A stretch of DNA of 63,669 bases, counting the filler, from Bigelowiella natans CCMP2755 (lineage: Eukaryota; Protista; Cercozoa), in the NCBI GenBank assembly GCA_000320545.1. It is 5 parts of 5 records of this genome, joined end to end, with 100 filler letters (N's around TTAATTAATTAA, not from the genome) between each part and the next. Parts side by side here need not be neighbours in the genome. Positions count along the whole stretch, not along the records: positions 1 to 14,825 come from ADNK01001065.1; 4 more parts are not named here. One strand, written 5' to 3'. The notes beneath the pieces are model-generated. The model had not been told where the DNA came from. It saw only the letters and a program-made list of their open reading frames with translations, and searched no databases. Within the stretch, counting starts at the first letter, position 1. The number at the start of each line of letters is the position of its first letter. Position numbers and translations under genes: made by a program. Below are positions 1 through 11,689 of this stretch, piece after piece.

Positions 1-129
1 GAAAACCATGCACATTTATAGGATACTCATGCATAAGCCACAACAACATAAGTAGCAGCAACTGTAACAGATGTTTTCTCCTCCTTTCATCAGATCTATC
101 ATCATCACTAATCCCTATCCTTGACGTTG

Positions 130-742
130 TTAAATCACCAATAGCGGTTTGGCGAACTCGACGGTCAGCCTCGTTCCGGCCAACGAGAACTTCTTCAGCT
201 TCCTTCTCAGCAGATAAGTCGTCGTCGTAGTAGTAGTAGTAGTAGTAGTAGTTGGAAGAGGAGGAGGAGGAGGAGGAGGAGGAGGAGGAGGAGGAGTCGC
301 GACAGGAGTGGCAATGGGGAATGAGCATCGACAACGACAACGACAGGAAGTTAGATTGGGACAGAATGCATACGACGACGATGATGACGACGACAACGAA
401 GTAATCAAAATCTGAGCAGTAGTAGCAGCACACAGACAAAGGCGCTGCACAGCACTGCTGAATCTAATGGAACCTGCAAGCTCGATGGGCCCTGATGGCT
501 GTTTGGTAGGAAATGAAGCAATATCCCGATTTCAGATAAAGCCTATCGAAACGCCCGCCTTCAGCCTCAAATTCTAATGTTCGCATATCAACGTGGGGAG
601 GGAAGGGAAGGGGGGGGGGGAGAGTAAAGAAAGTAAGGAGAAGGAAGTGGCGTCGTCAGGATGGGAGGATCACTTTTCAACTCTCGGTGAGACGCTCACA
701 CACTACTACATGCTTTTTGCCTGTTGTTTCTTTGGGGGGGGA

Positions 743-795
<53 letters not shown>

Positions 796-1243
796 AACGC
801 TCTCCCCCACCCCCCCCCATCCCACCAGCTTCCCATTACTACCCCTCTCTCATTGCCTTTCTCTGCTCAGGTAACTGACCCTTTTCGATCTCACTCTGCG
901 ACATCCTCTTCGGAATGTTGCCGATGAATATGCGCTTGCGTGTTTCCATTGCAGATAGCTCCACGAGTCGGCTCCGCACCTAATGGTGGTAGTAGTGATG
1001 ATGATGATGATGATGATGATGATGTCACGGTGATAACTGCTGGCTTCGTTTTATGATGAAATCCCTCGCGAATTTGATACGTTTCCTTTCGGACAAGTAC
1101 GTAGTACCTTTGCACCGCTACACTTGGCGAGGGCTTGGTCTCGATTCTTCTTGTCGGCCAGCTGCCAGCAGGATGAAAGGAAAATATTAGTTGAAGCTCA
1201 GTCGTGTATGTCTCTTCTCCTCACGTATTATAAGCAGTTCTTG

Positions 1244-1294
<51 letters not shown>

Positions 1295-2200
1295 GCGATC
1301 CTCCACGAGAATCATAATTGTAACTGCCAAGGAACTTGCCTCAAATGCTGTCTCTCTCCAAACCCCCTCCTTCTCATTGTCCAACCACAATCTCCTGGTA
1401 GTAAGTACAACTTACCTCCACGACGGCATAGTTACTGCCGCAGAAGTATACAGACACCCCTTGCACATCCGCCCTCGTAAATATCTAAGCAGCAGTCAAC
1501 TATAAGCGTCATTTAAACGATAGAGGGGAAGGCGGTGGGCATCATCATCATTATCACCAGCATCTTCTTCTTCACCATCAGCACCCCAACATTGCATTGC
1601 CAAAGTTCTTCATCTCTCACCTCATGGACATCGGTCTCGATACAATCGTCGGGCAGATTACAGCAAAGGATCATGTTCGCCCCTACGTCATTCCCACGAT
1701 TCCTCTTCTCCTGTACGTGGACAACAATGCTTTCAACAAATGAAATTCTGATGATTGTAATTATTTTAATTTGCAGCACGACTCCAGCTGTGTTTACATC
1801 AGTTTTTGTGAACATCGTCAGATCTCTTCGTGATATTCATTTTAGTGACCACCATCGCTCTTGGAGGCGGCGGCACACGCCCCCAACATCTCGATGAGCG
1901 ACGAATAGTTTTATTACATCCATGAAAGAGGAGAAGGCACACGAAAGTGCGGAGTGGAGGGAAGCAGAGGGAATATTCTTACTTTTTCCTCTGAACCACG
2001 ACTATGTAGTTCTCGAACTGAGTTTCCAGTATTATTGCTGCCATCATTCTGATTCCACTCTCGATGCTCCGTCTCGAAAGCGCGACTGGTGTCTCGTCTT
2101 TCATCGCTGGTGTCCCGTCCTCCTCGACTTCTCTCCTCGTCAGAATCCTCCTCATCGTTGTCGCCACCACGACCATCATCTTCACCATCGTCTAGGTCTT
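130..2200 (-). CDS. Multi-exon RNA-binding protein with two RRMs (hnRNP Q/R-like) and an Arg/Ser/Asp-rich N-terminal region; 5' end unresolved
   Basis: Manually spliced minus-strand exons give ILCCNLPDDCIETDVHE (RRM1 start), RKRIFIGNIPKRMSQSEIEK (RNP2), KSGYCFISYQTAIRAHRAC (RNP1) and RKLKKFSLAGTRLTVEFAKP. Confidence 0.7.
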
Positions 2201-3166
2201 TTTCCTATGGAAAACATCATCGTATGATTGACCGCGGAAAAAACAAAGGAGGGCAGGGGGAGGGGAAGGAAGGAGGGCAGGAGGAGGGGGGGGAGGAGAA
2301 GGAGGAGTATTTGTCCACCTTGATGCTATCGACATAGCTCGATTCTAGATGATCAAAGTTCGATATCAAATACCTACCATCATAGTGCAAAGTAAATAAA
2401 GTGGATCCTATATGAACACTTAAAGTGGGGCGAGGGCGGGCGTGAGCGCTAAGGCCTCTTCATGCCTTTCTTACTTTGCAACATCCTCGGTGCTGGGGCC
2501 AATGATTCTCCCCGCCTCTGCTTCAAAATATGCAACCCCGAGAGACTTGTCAGCCTGATAATATCGGTCAAAAGAATATTATCACATAGATCTGAGGGAG
2601 CAGCGAGTTGAGGCACGGCAGCGAAATTTGATAGCCATCCCATGAAGCCAGATACTCCCAAAAACGGATAAATAGAATAGTAGAAACCTTGGCTTCCTTG
2701 AATAAAGCGCACAGCCTTTCCATTAAAGGCTTACGCAAGGCGACTGGTGAGTTTTGGTCTCCAGGATTGATCGAGTTCCTATCCGGTGTATGTGATTAGG
2801 ACGCTGCACTGGGCTACTTGCAAGCAATGGAAGACATACCAGCTTCAGAGTAGTAAGATCCGCACAAATAGGGCGCTAAAGCTCTTCAGATATTGTCTAC
2901 AAAGCCCCCATCTACAAACGCACTTCTAACTAAACAAGGTCGTCGCGTGGGGGTGGAAAGACGCCGGAAACCAGGTTTGCCCGAAATGCTTCGAAGTTGA
3001 ATCGTCAATTGTGCGCCAAACAACCAGGGATCGTTTTATCCTACGACTTGGGAACTAAATGCTGTCGCAATTCGCGAAAGGCAGACATCGTAGGATCGGG
3101 AAGTGGGAATGCGCCTTTTAAATAAACTCTGAAATAATCTCGCCCAATGTTCGTGGTAAGAAAGGC

Positions 3167-3207
3167 GGATTTCCTAGGATTTCCTAGGATTTCAGGATTT
3201 CCTAGGA
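3167..3207. repeat. Short tandem repeat of GGATTTCCTA (about 4 copies, one truncated) in the divergent intergenic region
   Basis: ggatttcctaggatttcctaggatttcaggatttcctagga read directly. Confidence 0.85.
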
Positions 3208-3700
3208 CGGGGAAGGGACCAACAAAATAGCCCGCGTTGACATGGCGTTCGGCGTTTGATCGGTGCTTTTCTGACTAGATCAACCGGAAAGCGACGAACA
3301 ACTTGCGCGCAACTGAAAACACCAACGGCAATGCTCTACGACCCGCAGTGTTCGTCTATTTTTGATCGTCCATCAAACTGATGAGAGACCTGACTCAATT
3401 AATCATGTGATGAAGGAGCGAGTTTCATAAATCAGATCCATCGTTTCATTAGACCTCGGCAATCAGCCGAAGATATCCGATCAGAAAAGGACATTTTGTT
3501 CATTTTCCTTTGGTGAAGAAAGGTATGGGATTTGTCTGATACGACATGGCAAATAAATACTTCTAAGACTATAGATGAAACTAATCGCAGTTAACATTTG
3601 TATTACACTATTGCAGTAGATAATACATGCACCACCCCAGAACACATCCTACGTGCACACCCGTGCTTGCCGAACAGTCGTTCAACCAATGAATCAATGA

Positions 3701-5308
3701 ATGAGCCCCCACACGCGCAGAATTTTACTTATACTAGCCATTTTGGCGTCTGCTTCGTTGTTAAATTTAAGCTTTAGCAGCTCCTCCGTGCATTCCAGGA
3801 GCGATAATTTCGCTGTAACCTCATCCTCCGTCGCCTCTGCTTCTTCCCCTACTTCTTCTCCCCCTACTTCTTCTCCCCCTACTTCTTCTCCCCCTACTTC
3901 AATACAAGTAGTCGCGCCCTGTGGCGACGAAGTTGCAGACAATTATCAACCTTATGTAAATAAGAGTGTTCGCCTAGGTGGTGATTATACCACGGACCCA
4001 AAGCTGTGCTTTATGACTCGAGTGCACAATTATCGCCGAAGAATACCGGAATGGATAGAGTATCACCTTTTTGCGGGAGTTACTGAGTTTCTCATAGTCG
4101 ATGACTGCTCCGATCCATCAGAACAAGAGTTCCTGGGAATGCAATCGTATATAGAAAAGGGGCAGGTTACATTCGTAAACTCAACCACGCTCTATGGACG
4201 CAACTGTAGTGATCCAAACGAGCGACCAAACGAGGGTCAGATCCTACCAAGACTCGCGATGATGGCAAAGTGTAAGTCAGCTTGCGACTGGCTTGGCCTG
4301 CTCGATGTAGACGAATATGTAGCATCGCTATCTAAGGAGGACCAGCCGCCGCAGAAGGGGTTCTTGCTCAGGCATGTAAAGCGCAACAAACGGTCGTACA
4401 TCAAATTGCCTTGGAAGATGGTAGGACCAAATACATTCACCGGTAATGGGGAGATAGGAAAGCCTCTTTGGAGTATTGATCACAAAAAACAGTCGAGGTT
4501 GGAAGTCCTTACTTGCGGTAAATGGTGGTTTAGCCATATAAAAAGCATTATCAGCTTCGAATGTATGAACAGCTGGTCCTTCAGTCATCACCCGCATTAC
4601 ACAGTGCACACGGAAAAGTGTCGCAAAGCCCATTACCAACAGCTCCATTATGGTAAGTAACATTGCTTCTGTGGCGGGCACCGACTAACGGTGATGAGAG
4701 TAGTTCGGGAAGGGAAGAAGTACAAATGTTTTCGTTGTACATGTAAATGATTTAAAAAAAATTGGTCTTGCCTTCATCCAAACCACTATTAAGAGCTTAA
4801 ATGATATCTCGTTTTATGCTCCCTACTTTGGCTTCTTCATTGCCTTTCGATTTCGTGCAGGAATGTTGATGAATATTTCTGTGGAGGCAAGCGTTGCCGA
4901 GAACGGCTGCACTATACCGAACGATGGACTTTATGCCATCCACCTTTACACGGGAACAGGGTAACTTCACGTAGCGCATCTCATTAGCTCCCATAATTTT
5001 TAAAATGAGATGCCTAACTTTTGATCATTATCTTTTTCTGTAGGGAGGATCTTCTTCGATACAGGCTGTCAAGGAAGTGCGTATCAGATGGGGCTGCGTG
5101 CCGTAAAACGACTCCATCCCAGCAAGAGTTGATGAATGAGGCCTTGCCGACTCTATTACATTGGAGCAATGAAGCGACTTGCAATAGTACGTGCTCTCGA
5201 ATGGGCAATGATTGGCTCGGACAGTACATGAAGGACCTGAGAGAGCACTTAGAGAAAAAATATTCAAAGAGCTATCTGTGCGCTATATTTTCTGGAGAAC
5301 ACTGCTAA
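3701..5308 (+). CDS. Type II membrane glycosyltransferase, GT92/DUF23/GT2-like (GT-A fold); 3 exons (about 3701-4652, 4861-4960, 5044-5308)
   Basis: N-terminal signal anchor and Ser/Pro/Thr stem. Motifs IPEWIEYHLFAGVTEFLIVDDCSD and WLGLLDVDEYV (DxD), HIKSII. GT-AG introns. Confidence 0.8.
3840..3900 (+). repeat. 15-bp coding tandem repeat encoding SSPPT (Golgi stem region)
   Basis: cttcttctcccccta units repeated about 4 times. Confidence 0.9.
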
Positions 5309-5973
5309 CGAGCTCCATGCGCCATGATTATTATTGTGGCATCGCGTAGATGACGATGCATGGCGATGATTATCACATGATGCCATTCCACATGCATCCT
5401 GCGACATTTTGTTTATCAGCTTTACTTTTATTCAGATGGATGTTCATACTTATATATATCTCAGCTAAACGTGCAGCGCAAACGCCATTCTAGCATTGCG
5501 TTCGGCATGCAGCACAAGCTAGCAAGCGAATGCTGTGCATCGCTTTAGGTCAAAGTGATGCGCATCTCGCGTACAGACAAAGCAACGTAACGTCGACTTC
5601 TTCAAGCGTATCATCAACAAGACGGCACTGTTCCAGTACACAAAGTATGATTCTAAACACTGAAGGGCGGATTTTGTGCGGCTGCATCCATTACTGCCCA
5701 GCTAGCCAGTGCTCCTGCCCCTCCTATCCCGGATCCCAACGTCCACCATCTGGTTACCGCGCATGCTTGTTCAAATACTTCTCATTAGTTAATTGTTAGA
5801 TTCATTGCGTGCCCCCTAGTCTATATCACTGTCATGATCTTGCGTGGCTTCACTACTTGCATGACGCATGATGTAATTGAGTTTTTGGAGCGATGATACA
5901 TTTTGTTTTACTATTTGCTCAAAAGTTAAGCAGTCTCTCGTGCACTTTTTGTGTAGATGTTATTAGTTTTGCG

Positions 5974-6968
5974 TTACGAAGTCACTACAACTTTATTTTT
6001 CATGTTTTTTGCCCAATTATAGAGTTTGATGTCCAAATCATTGATTTTTGACAGTCGCCTCTGTGCCTCGCTACTAAAGCTAAATTTCTTCTCTACGATG
6101 TTTCTATGTGACCCGTGCACAACATCCCCCTCTGTTAAATCCCAGCCCAGAGTATTCAGAAGTTCATTTAATTTATTCAATTCTTCTAGAATCACAACGT
6201 GATCATATTTTTCTAATTGTGTTTTTGCCAGCTGTAGATGGGATATGGTTAGATTTCTGTAGTCTGTCGCGCTAGCCTCTGGCCCAGCCAGCGTCCGTGT
6301 GATATAGTTGTCTATTTGATGTTGATGCATCACATTTTCACATTCTCCATGGTCAAGGCACTTTTGCAATGTTTTTCTATCTGGCTCGCCACCAATCTCA
6401 TAATGTCTCCACCCTTTTTCTGCTCCATAGTTCAAATAAGACTCCAAACGAGATGTAGGATGTCTCAATATTATGATATTTAATAATTCATTACAAAAAT
6501 CCCCCTTGTCAATGTATCGCTCTATTCCTGCAAAAGTCCACCCGTGCCATTTCCATAATTTTTTACGTTCACCACATGAAGTAAAATGATGATGTTCTTT
6601 AGCATACTGCGGCATCTCTATTCCCAAGAAGCTATCTGTCCATTTTCCAACGTAATTACAATTCTTATTAGGCTGAGGAATTCTTTCTCCAGCCATTTGC
6701 GCCATTTTACATAGTGATGTTCCGCCCGACTTATGTATGTGGGTGAACATCACTGGTTTTCGATTAGCTCTTTTGACAGCCAATTGCTTATCATTAGAAA
6801 TGTAATCCAGAATTTCACTCTCCTGTTCAAGAAATACAATCGTTAAAAAGCAGTATGCAAAGACAATCTCCTTCTCACCTCCAAGAGCAACTTCTCAGTG
6901 TCATGGCTTCTAAAGGCACCGAGGGCGCCACTGATTAAGATGAAAGCGACAGCCAGGCCTTGCACCAT
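5974..6968 (-). CDS. Golgi-type sulfotransferase (Sulfotransfer_2-like); exons 6968-6879 and 6822-5974
   Basis: 5'-PSB motif FTHIHKSGGTSL and 3'-PB motif ILRHPTSRLESY; C-terminal NDLDIKLY. Signal-anchor exon MVQGLAVAFILISGALGAF joins in frame through a 56-bp GT-AG intron. Confidence 0.88.
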
Positions 6969-7482
6969 TTTATGGAGGTTGACTTTGGAGGGCTGGAACA
7001 AACACCAAGGGTACAATTGTGCGAACACCAACGACGGCAGGGCAGCAACTATTAAAATGGGGCTCAAAAGGCTGGGGACAGCAACTGCTAGCGTATAGTT
7101 ACTCCTACTGAAAAAGCGACAATGAACAATGAACAAATGAATGAAGCATTAACAACATAAACGCCATTATTCTTTATTATGCGACAACAAAAACAATTTT
7201 TTTATTTCGCAAATCACCTGTAGTTTCCCACCACTTCCGCGTCGTTCAGCACTAATAACAACAACGCGCTCAAGAATATTAGCTAGTTTTAAGAGCTACA
7301 TCTCTCAGAAATTTTGTGTATTTTGTAAAATCACCAATACATTATGGTATACGTCAGGTATATTTCCTCAATTCAGAGAAAATGGAAGGCATTTTTCCTG
7401 GTAATTTCCAGAAAAAATTTCTTCGAAATCTGTTTACCATTCGAAAACGGTGCTGCAGCTCTGGTAGTCACTGTACTGAATC

Positions 7483-8809
7483 ATGGTCGCTTTCTTTCTC
7501 CTCTTCCTCATCAGTGTCTCCGCTGTTTGGAAGAAATATGGAGGAGCTTCGGTGGTCTCCAGCTTTGAAGGGAGTCCACTCCCAAAATTTAGGTCCTCCG
7601 ATCTCGGCCAAGATTTCATTGGTACAGTCACAATGTTACATTTTATTTACCTCGGTCATCTAAATATTCTCTAATGCAGAAGTGGAAAATCGACAGAATG
7701 TAAAATTGAATCACCCAACTGGGCCGTCGGCTTGTATAAAAGGTGCAAAATGCATCGCTCTTGCTGTCGTTGCGGGGATATATGAAAAGGAGGAATGTAA
7801 AAACGCAATCCATGGGGCTGCTTGTAATTTTCTTTGTGGAACAATGGCGAACTTGGCCTACCATGCAACAGAGGCTAAAAATTTTAACGCAAACAACTCA
7901 GACGTGAAGTATGATATGGTTCTTGTTCATGATTCGAGTTTTCCGAAGGTGCACCTGGAAACATTAAACGATATGGGAGTACGGCTATTACATGTAGACG
8001 ACTCTATCAAGCGTGCGGCTTGTGATGGGTTGAAAAATGCGACGATGAAACTTGACTGCACTGCCGCTATATCTCTAGAACGAAAAGTAAACTACGAAGT
8101 CCCAGAGTTTCTTATCCAGATAATGAAGTTGCACGTTTTCACGATGAAGGAGTACGATGCAATATTTTCCTTTGATACTGATGCATACCTGACGGATCTT
8201 AATGAAGTCACAGATGTTACACTTCGATACTTAAGAACTAAATTCTCTCTGATTGCGAACCAACGCGGATTGTCCCCTGTGAATGCAGGATATTTCGTCG
8301 GAAGACCAAACTCAAAGGCTATTGAATTGTGGATTGACGATGTCAAGGCTGGTTTCACCGAGGAAAATGGATGGGCGAACTACGGCCCTATTGCACATAC
8401 ATGGCCAAGGCTTTGGCGTAACCCAAATCATCGGCATGAATTAGGTGGATGGAATTTTCTAGGTGCAAATCGTGACCAAGGGTTACTATTCCACATATTT
8501 GCTCTGCACCTGCAATCGCTTGGCTTGACAAACGGACACCTCTGGTATGGGCACGATACACGAATCCCTATTCCAAAAGTTTCAGGGACTACTTTCTTGA
8601 ATCGTGATTGGAATCTCCATGTGCGACATCTCTTCAGCACTCCCAAGCCCTGGGATGAAGGTGCATGTAAGGATGAAAAACATGAGCAATTTGTTTATTT
8701 CACAAGAGCCATGCTCCCAGCAGTGAAGGAAAATTTTGAGCACCACAGAATTCCAATGCTTCGACAATGCCTTTCCCGTTTTCTAAATAATAACGAGGTT
8801 TGCAAATAA
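7483..8809 (+). CDS. Glycosyltransferase family 8 (glycogenin-like fold); exons 7483-7621 and 7680-8809
   Basis: Motifs MKLHVF, FDTDAY (DxD), VNAGYFV, DQGLL, HLFSTPKPW. Signal-anchor first exon joined in phase by a 58-bp intron. Confidence 0.85.
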
Positions 8810-9055
8810 TTAGCAAGAATTGTAGACTTCATCGAGCAATCAGCCGGAATGTGCCAAGCATATCTTTCATTGCCTTTTAATCGCCCATTCTGAGAAAACA
8901 GTGATGCATTCAAAATATTCAGTTCTAGCGCGCAGTTATCATATAAAAGCTCTTGCAAGAAGCGCATCAGCTCATCAAGTGACAATTCAAAGTGCTAGAG
9001 TGTACCATTTGCATGTGCATTCGTTATCATGTTCAAACAAGTCGCGCTCGCGCGT

Positions 9056-9127
9056 ATCACCAACAATCTCTAGATCTGGCAGACATTTATTATGTTGTGA
9101 ACATCGGTTGAGATTGCTGGTATTCAT
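9056..9127 (-). promoter_or_regulatory. Second SECIS-like hairpin
   Basis: Minus strand ATGA-at-accagcaatctc-AA...gagattgttggt-GAT: 12-bp uninterrupted helix with one G-U, but a 2-nt offset from the canonical quartet and a long apical loop. Confidence 0.3.
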
Positions 9128-9354
9128 TTAAGCGTGAATAAATCTAAATCAAAACATGCTAGCTTCCGCATACCACACACACATCTAGACATTCTCTCTC
9201 TCTCTCATAAGCACTATCTAACCTCAAGAAATAATAGAAACGCTTGGTTGTGCGTATATGCACTGAACAGATGGTGGTGCGCATTCGAATGTACATACGT
9301 ACTACTATTCCTCATTGACTGAAGCTGAAATTTATTAGATAAGAATGGAAGGGG

Positions 9355-9421
9355 TTCCGCTACGCTCGCCGTTGCCACGCAATGAGGCGGCAGATGAGAG
9401 TTTCGACGAGGCGTGCTTCAT
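9355..9421 (-). promoter_or_regulatory. Candidate SECIS element in the selenoprotein 3' UTR
   Basis: Minus strand ATGAA-gcacgcctcgtcg-AAA-(loop with tgcc/ggca mini-stem)-cggcgagcgtagc-GGAA: AUGAN/KGAW core, about 12-bp helix II with two bulges, AAA 13 nt from the core. Lower helix weak. Confidence 0.5.
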
Positions 9422-9621
9422 TTTCTGTTGTGTTCATACTGAAAGCGATGTTTTCGAGTTTGTGCGTGTGCACGCCCATGAATAGCCGTGTTTGTGTCTG
9501 TGTGCTTGTGTGTGTGTGCTTGTGTGTATGTGTGTGTGTGGACACAAGCTGAGTGTGCTCTAAATCATTGAGAGAGGTCGAACCAAACGAAATAATTCTT
9601 GACATTCCAGGAGTATTATCT

Positions 9622-10408
9622 CTACACAGGCAAAGCATCTTTCGCAAAGAGCTCGGCCTCCATTTCAGAACGAACTTCCTGCAAAGACAAAGGATATTCG
9701 ATGAGCGGCAGTACAAACCAACAAGAGATGAAACGAGATATAACTTTGTATATTGTTCATCTCTTTGTTCCGCGAATTTCGCTCAAAACACATCTCATGC
9801 AGCCACAATCGATGACGAGCAACCTTTGTCATCATTATTATTCCTTTGAGGGCATCCTCGGGAATGGATCCAATGCTGTCTCCATCTGCCTTTGCTTGAC
9901 CTTGTCCTTTGCTTTCTGTTCCTATACTACTGCCAGCAGCAGCAGCAGCAGCATGTTTAGCGATGATTGGAAAGAGATCCTGCGGAATGGGTCGGCCATA
10001 GGGCCCAGCTCCCTGCTTGATAAAGCTATAAATTATATCTCCAGAAGAGTTGAAGACAAAGACGCCTGGCTGTGCCATTTTGCTGTCCTTAAAGCTTTCG
10101 GATCGCGTCCCAGCTCTGAAGTGTTCATACATCATAATAACTATTTCATTGTTCTGCACCGCGTGTACGCGTGAATATTCCTTTCGAATGACGAGATTGA
10201 TTTTGATGTTTTAATCTATATAGGTGTGTGAGCAATAATATGCATGTGTTTGAAATTTGTAGTACTCTAGGATCTCGAGCTTCAGTCGCTTGGCTAACGT
10301 CTAAGCTCGAAGAAAGACATTGACAGACAGACTTATTTTCACAAAAATTATTGTTAGGATGTACATCAATCTATTTCTGAAAGCAATTTAAGGCAAAACA
10401 ATCGCCCA

Positions 10409-10447
<39 letters not shown>

Positions 10448-10968
10448 TATAACTTTACAGACATGTATGCGGAACACTCCAGAAATAGGTTTCATTTCTC
10501 AATCAAATCTCAATGTTGAGGAACGTACATCCGCACCTTTTCATAGTCACTGACGAAAATCATCTTCCCTTCAACTTTGCTGCGCTTCGGCATCATGACA
10601 GTTGTCTCCTCGTTCTAAATGGTTTTAAGGGCATGCTTAGTCCATGAGAGCATACTGTGTTAACACGCTCTTCCACCTGCGAAGTGATGTGAAGTATAGT
10701 CCCACCAACCTCTGTGATCGTCGATAAATTCTGGTATGAACTCGCGCACCACACGCGGCATGGACCTCACCATCCCCCCCGGTAGTAGTGTACCACAACA
10801 AATCTGCACACGGGCATTGCGCTCAACTCACAATAAAGGCATCGTCGATACACGAGAGAAGTTGAAAAAGGACAACCTGCTCGATTCACAAGCGTCAGAT
10901 AGTGCTTTCGTAGCCGCGTTGGCCGTTGTGCGGGATGGAGGGATACAAAAGGACGAAGAGAGTCCCAT
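9622..10968 (-). CDS. Peroxiredoxin-like AhpC/TSA thioredoxin-fold selenoprotein (UxxC), in-frame TGA at 10769-10767 read as Sec
   Basis: Spliced product MGLSSSFC...SSR|FVVVHYYRGGW-TGA-GPCRVWCASSYQNLSTITEVGGTILHITSQ...|...MIFVSDYEK|TLAKRLKLEIL|E...MAQPGVFVFNSSGDIIYSF...GRP. The frame stays open and family-like after the TGA. Last exons less certain. Confidence 0.82.
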
Positions 10969-11689
10969 AATGACGATTCCGGATCTGGGAAAGGGGAGAG
11001 ATATTTGAGAGGGTTTTGAGGAAATAACCGCACATGCGAACAGGAAGCAGTTTTTAAGGAACGACATATTAAATTTTATTGTCGCGATGTTTAATCACGC
11101 AGGGATCCTGTCTGATCCAGAGAGATCCTGTGGAGATTTCCCAGCGAAGTCCACCGCAAGTTTCCATTTGCACGGATGTTTCTGGGACTAAAAAACCTTC
11201 CGTGTTCACACGCTTCGAAGGTCGGAGCGAAGGATGAGAAGGCACATCAGCAGTCAAATGAAGGTAAATAATTATAAGTTTTTCGGATTAAATAATAACT
11301 ATTTATCATACAATTGTGCAGAAACTCCAGAGGGACACGAATGGCTCCAGGTTACCCCTCCTCCCTGCCCACCCTCTCAGCCCTCTCCACACTCGAGTGG
11401 TAGAAGGGCGAATATATCTACTCTCTATTCTTAAGTAGCCGCCCAATACCGTTGAAAATTGAACTCTCGGCTCTGTTGCGGCCGAAAGGGTCGATTCATA
11501 GGGGTTGGGCGTCTAGCCACCACTCGTTGCTTGGCCACGTGTCCGTGACATACGACCAGGGAGGGGAATGGTTCGCTGGCAGCGATGCCCCTCTCATGAA
11601 GCCTAATAATACGTACGTGGTCTACTTACGAGCACAGTGACACTAACCTATTGATTTAACGCGAATAGGTAAAAAGGCTGCCGCCGCCA

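Noticed and set aside
593-927. Numerous short ORFs with ER/HT/YI/poly-S runs across the window
   Set aside because: Translations of intronic microsatellites.
9599-10174. 191-aa plus-strand ORF (and ORF 10736-11008)
   Set aside because: Antisense to selenoprotein exons; no motifs.
10760-10775. Genome-wide UGA reassignment as the explanation for the in-frame TGA
   Set aside because: TGA appears to terminate other genes (SMP-like, MFS), and the long exons use TGG for Trp with no internal TGA.
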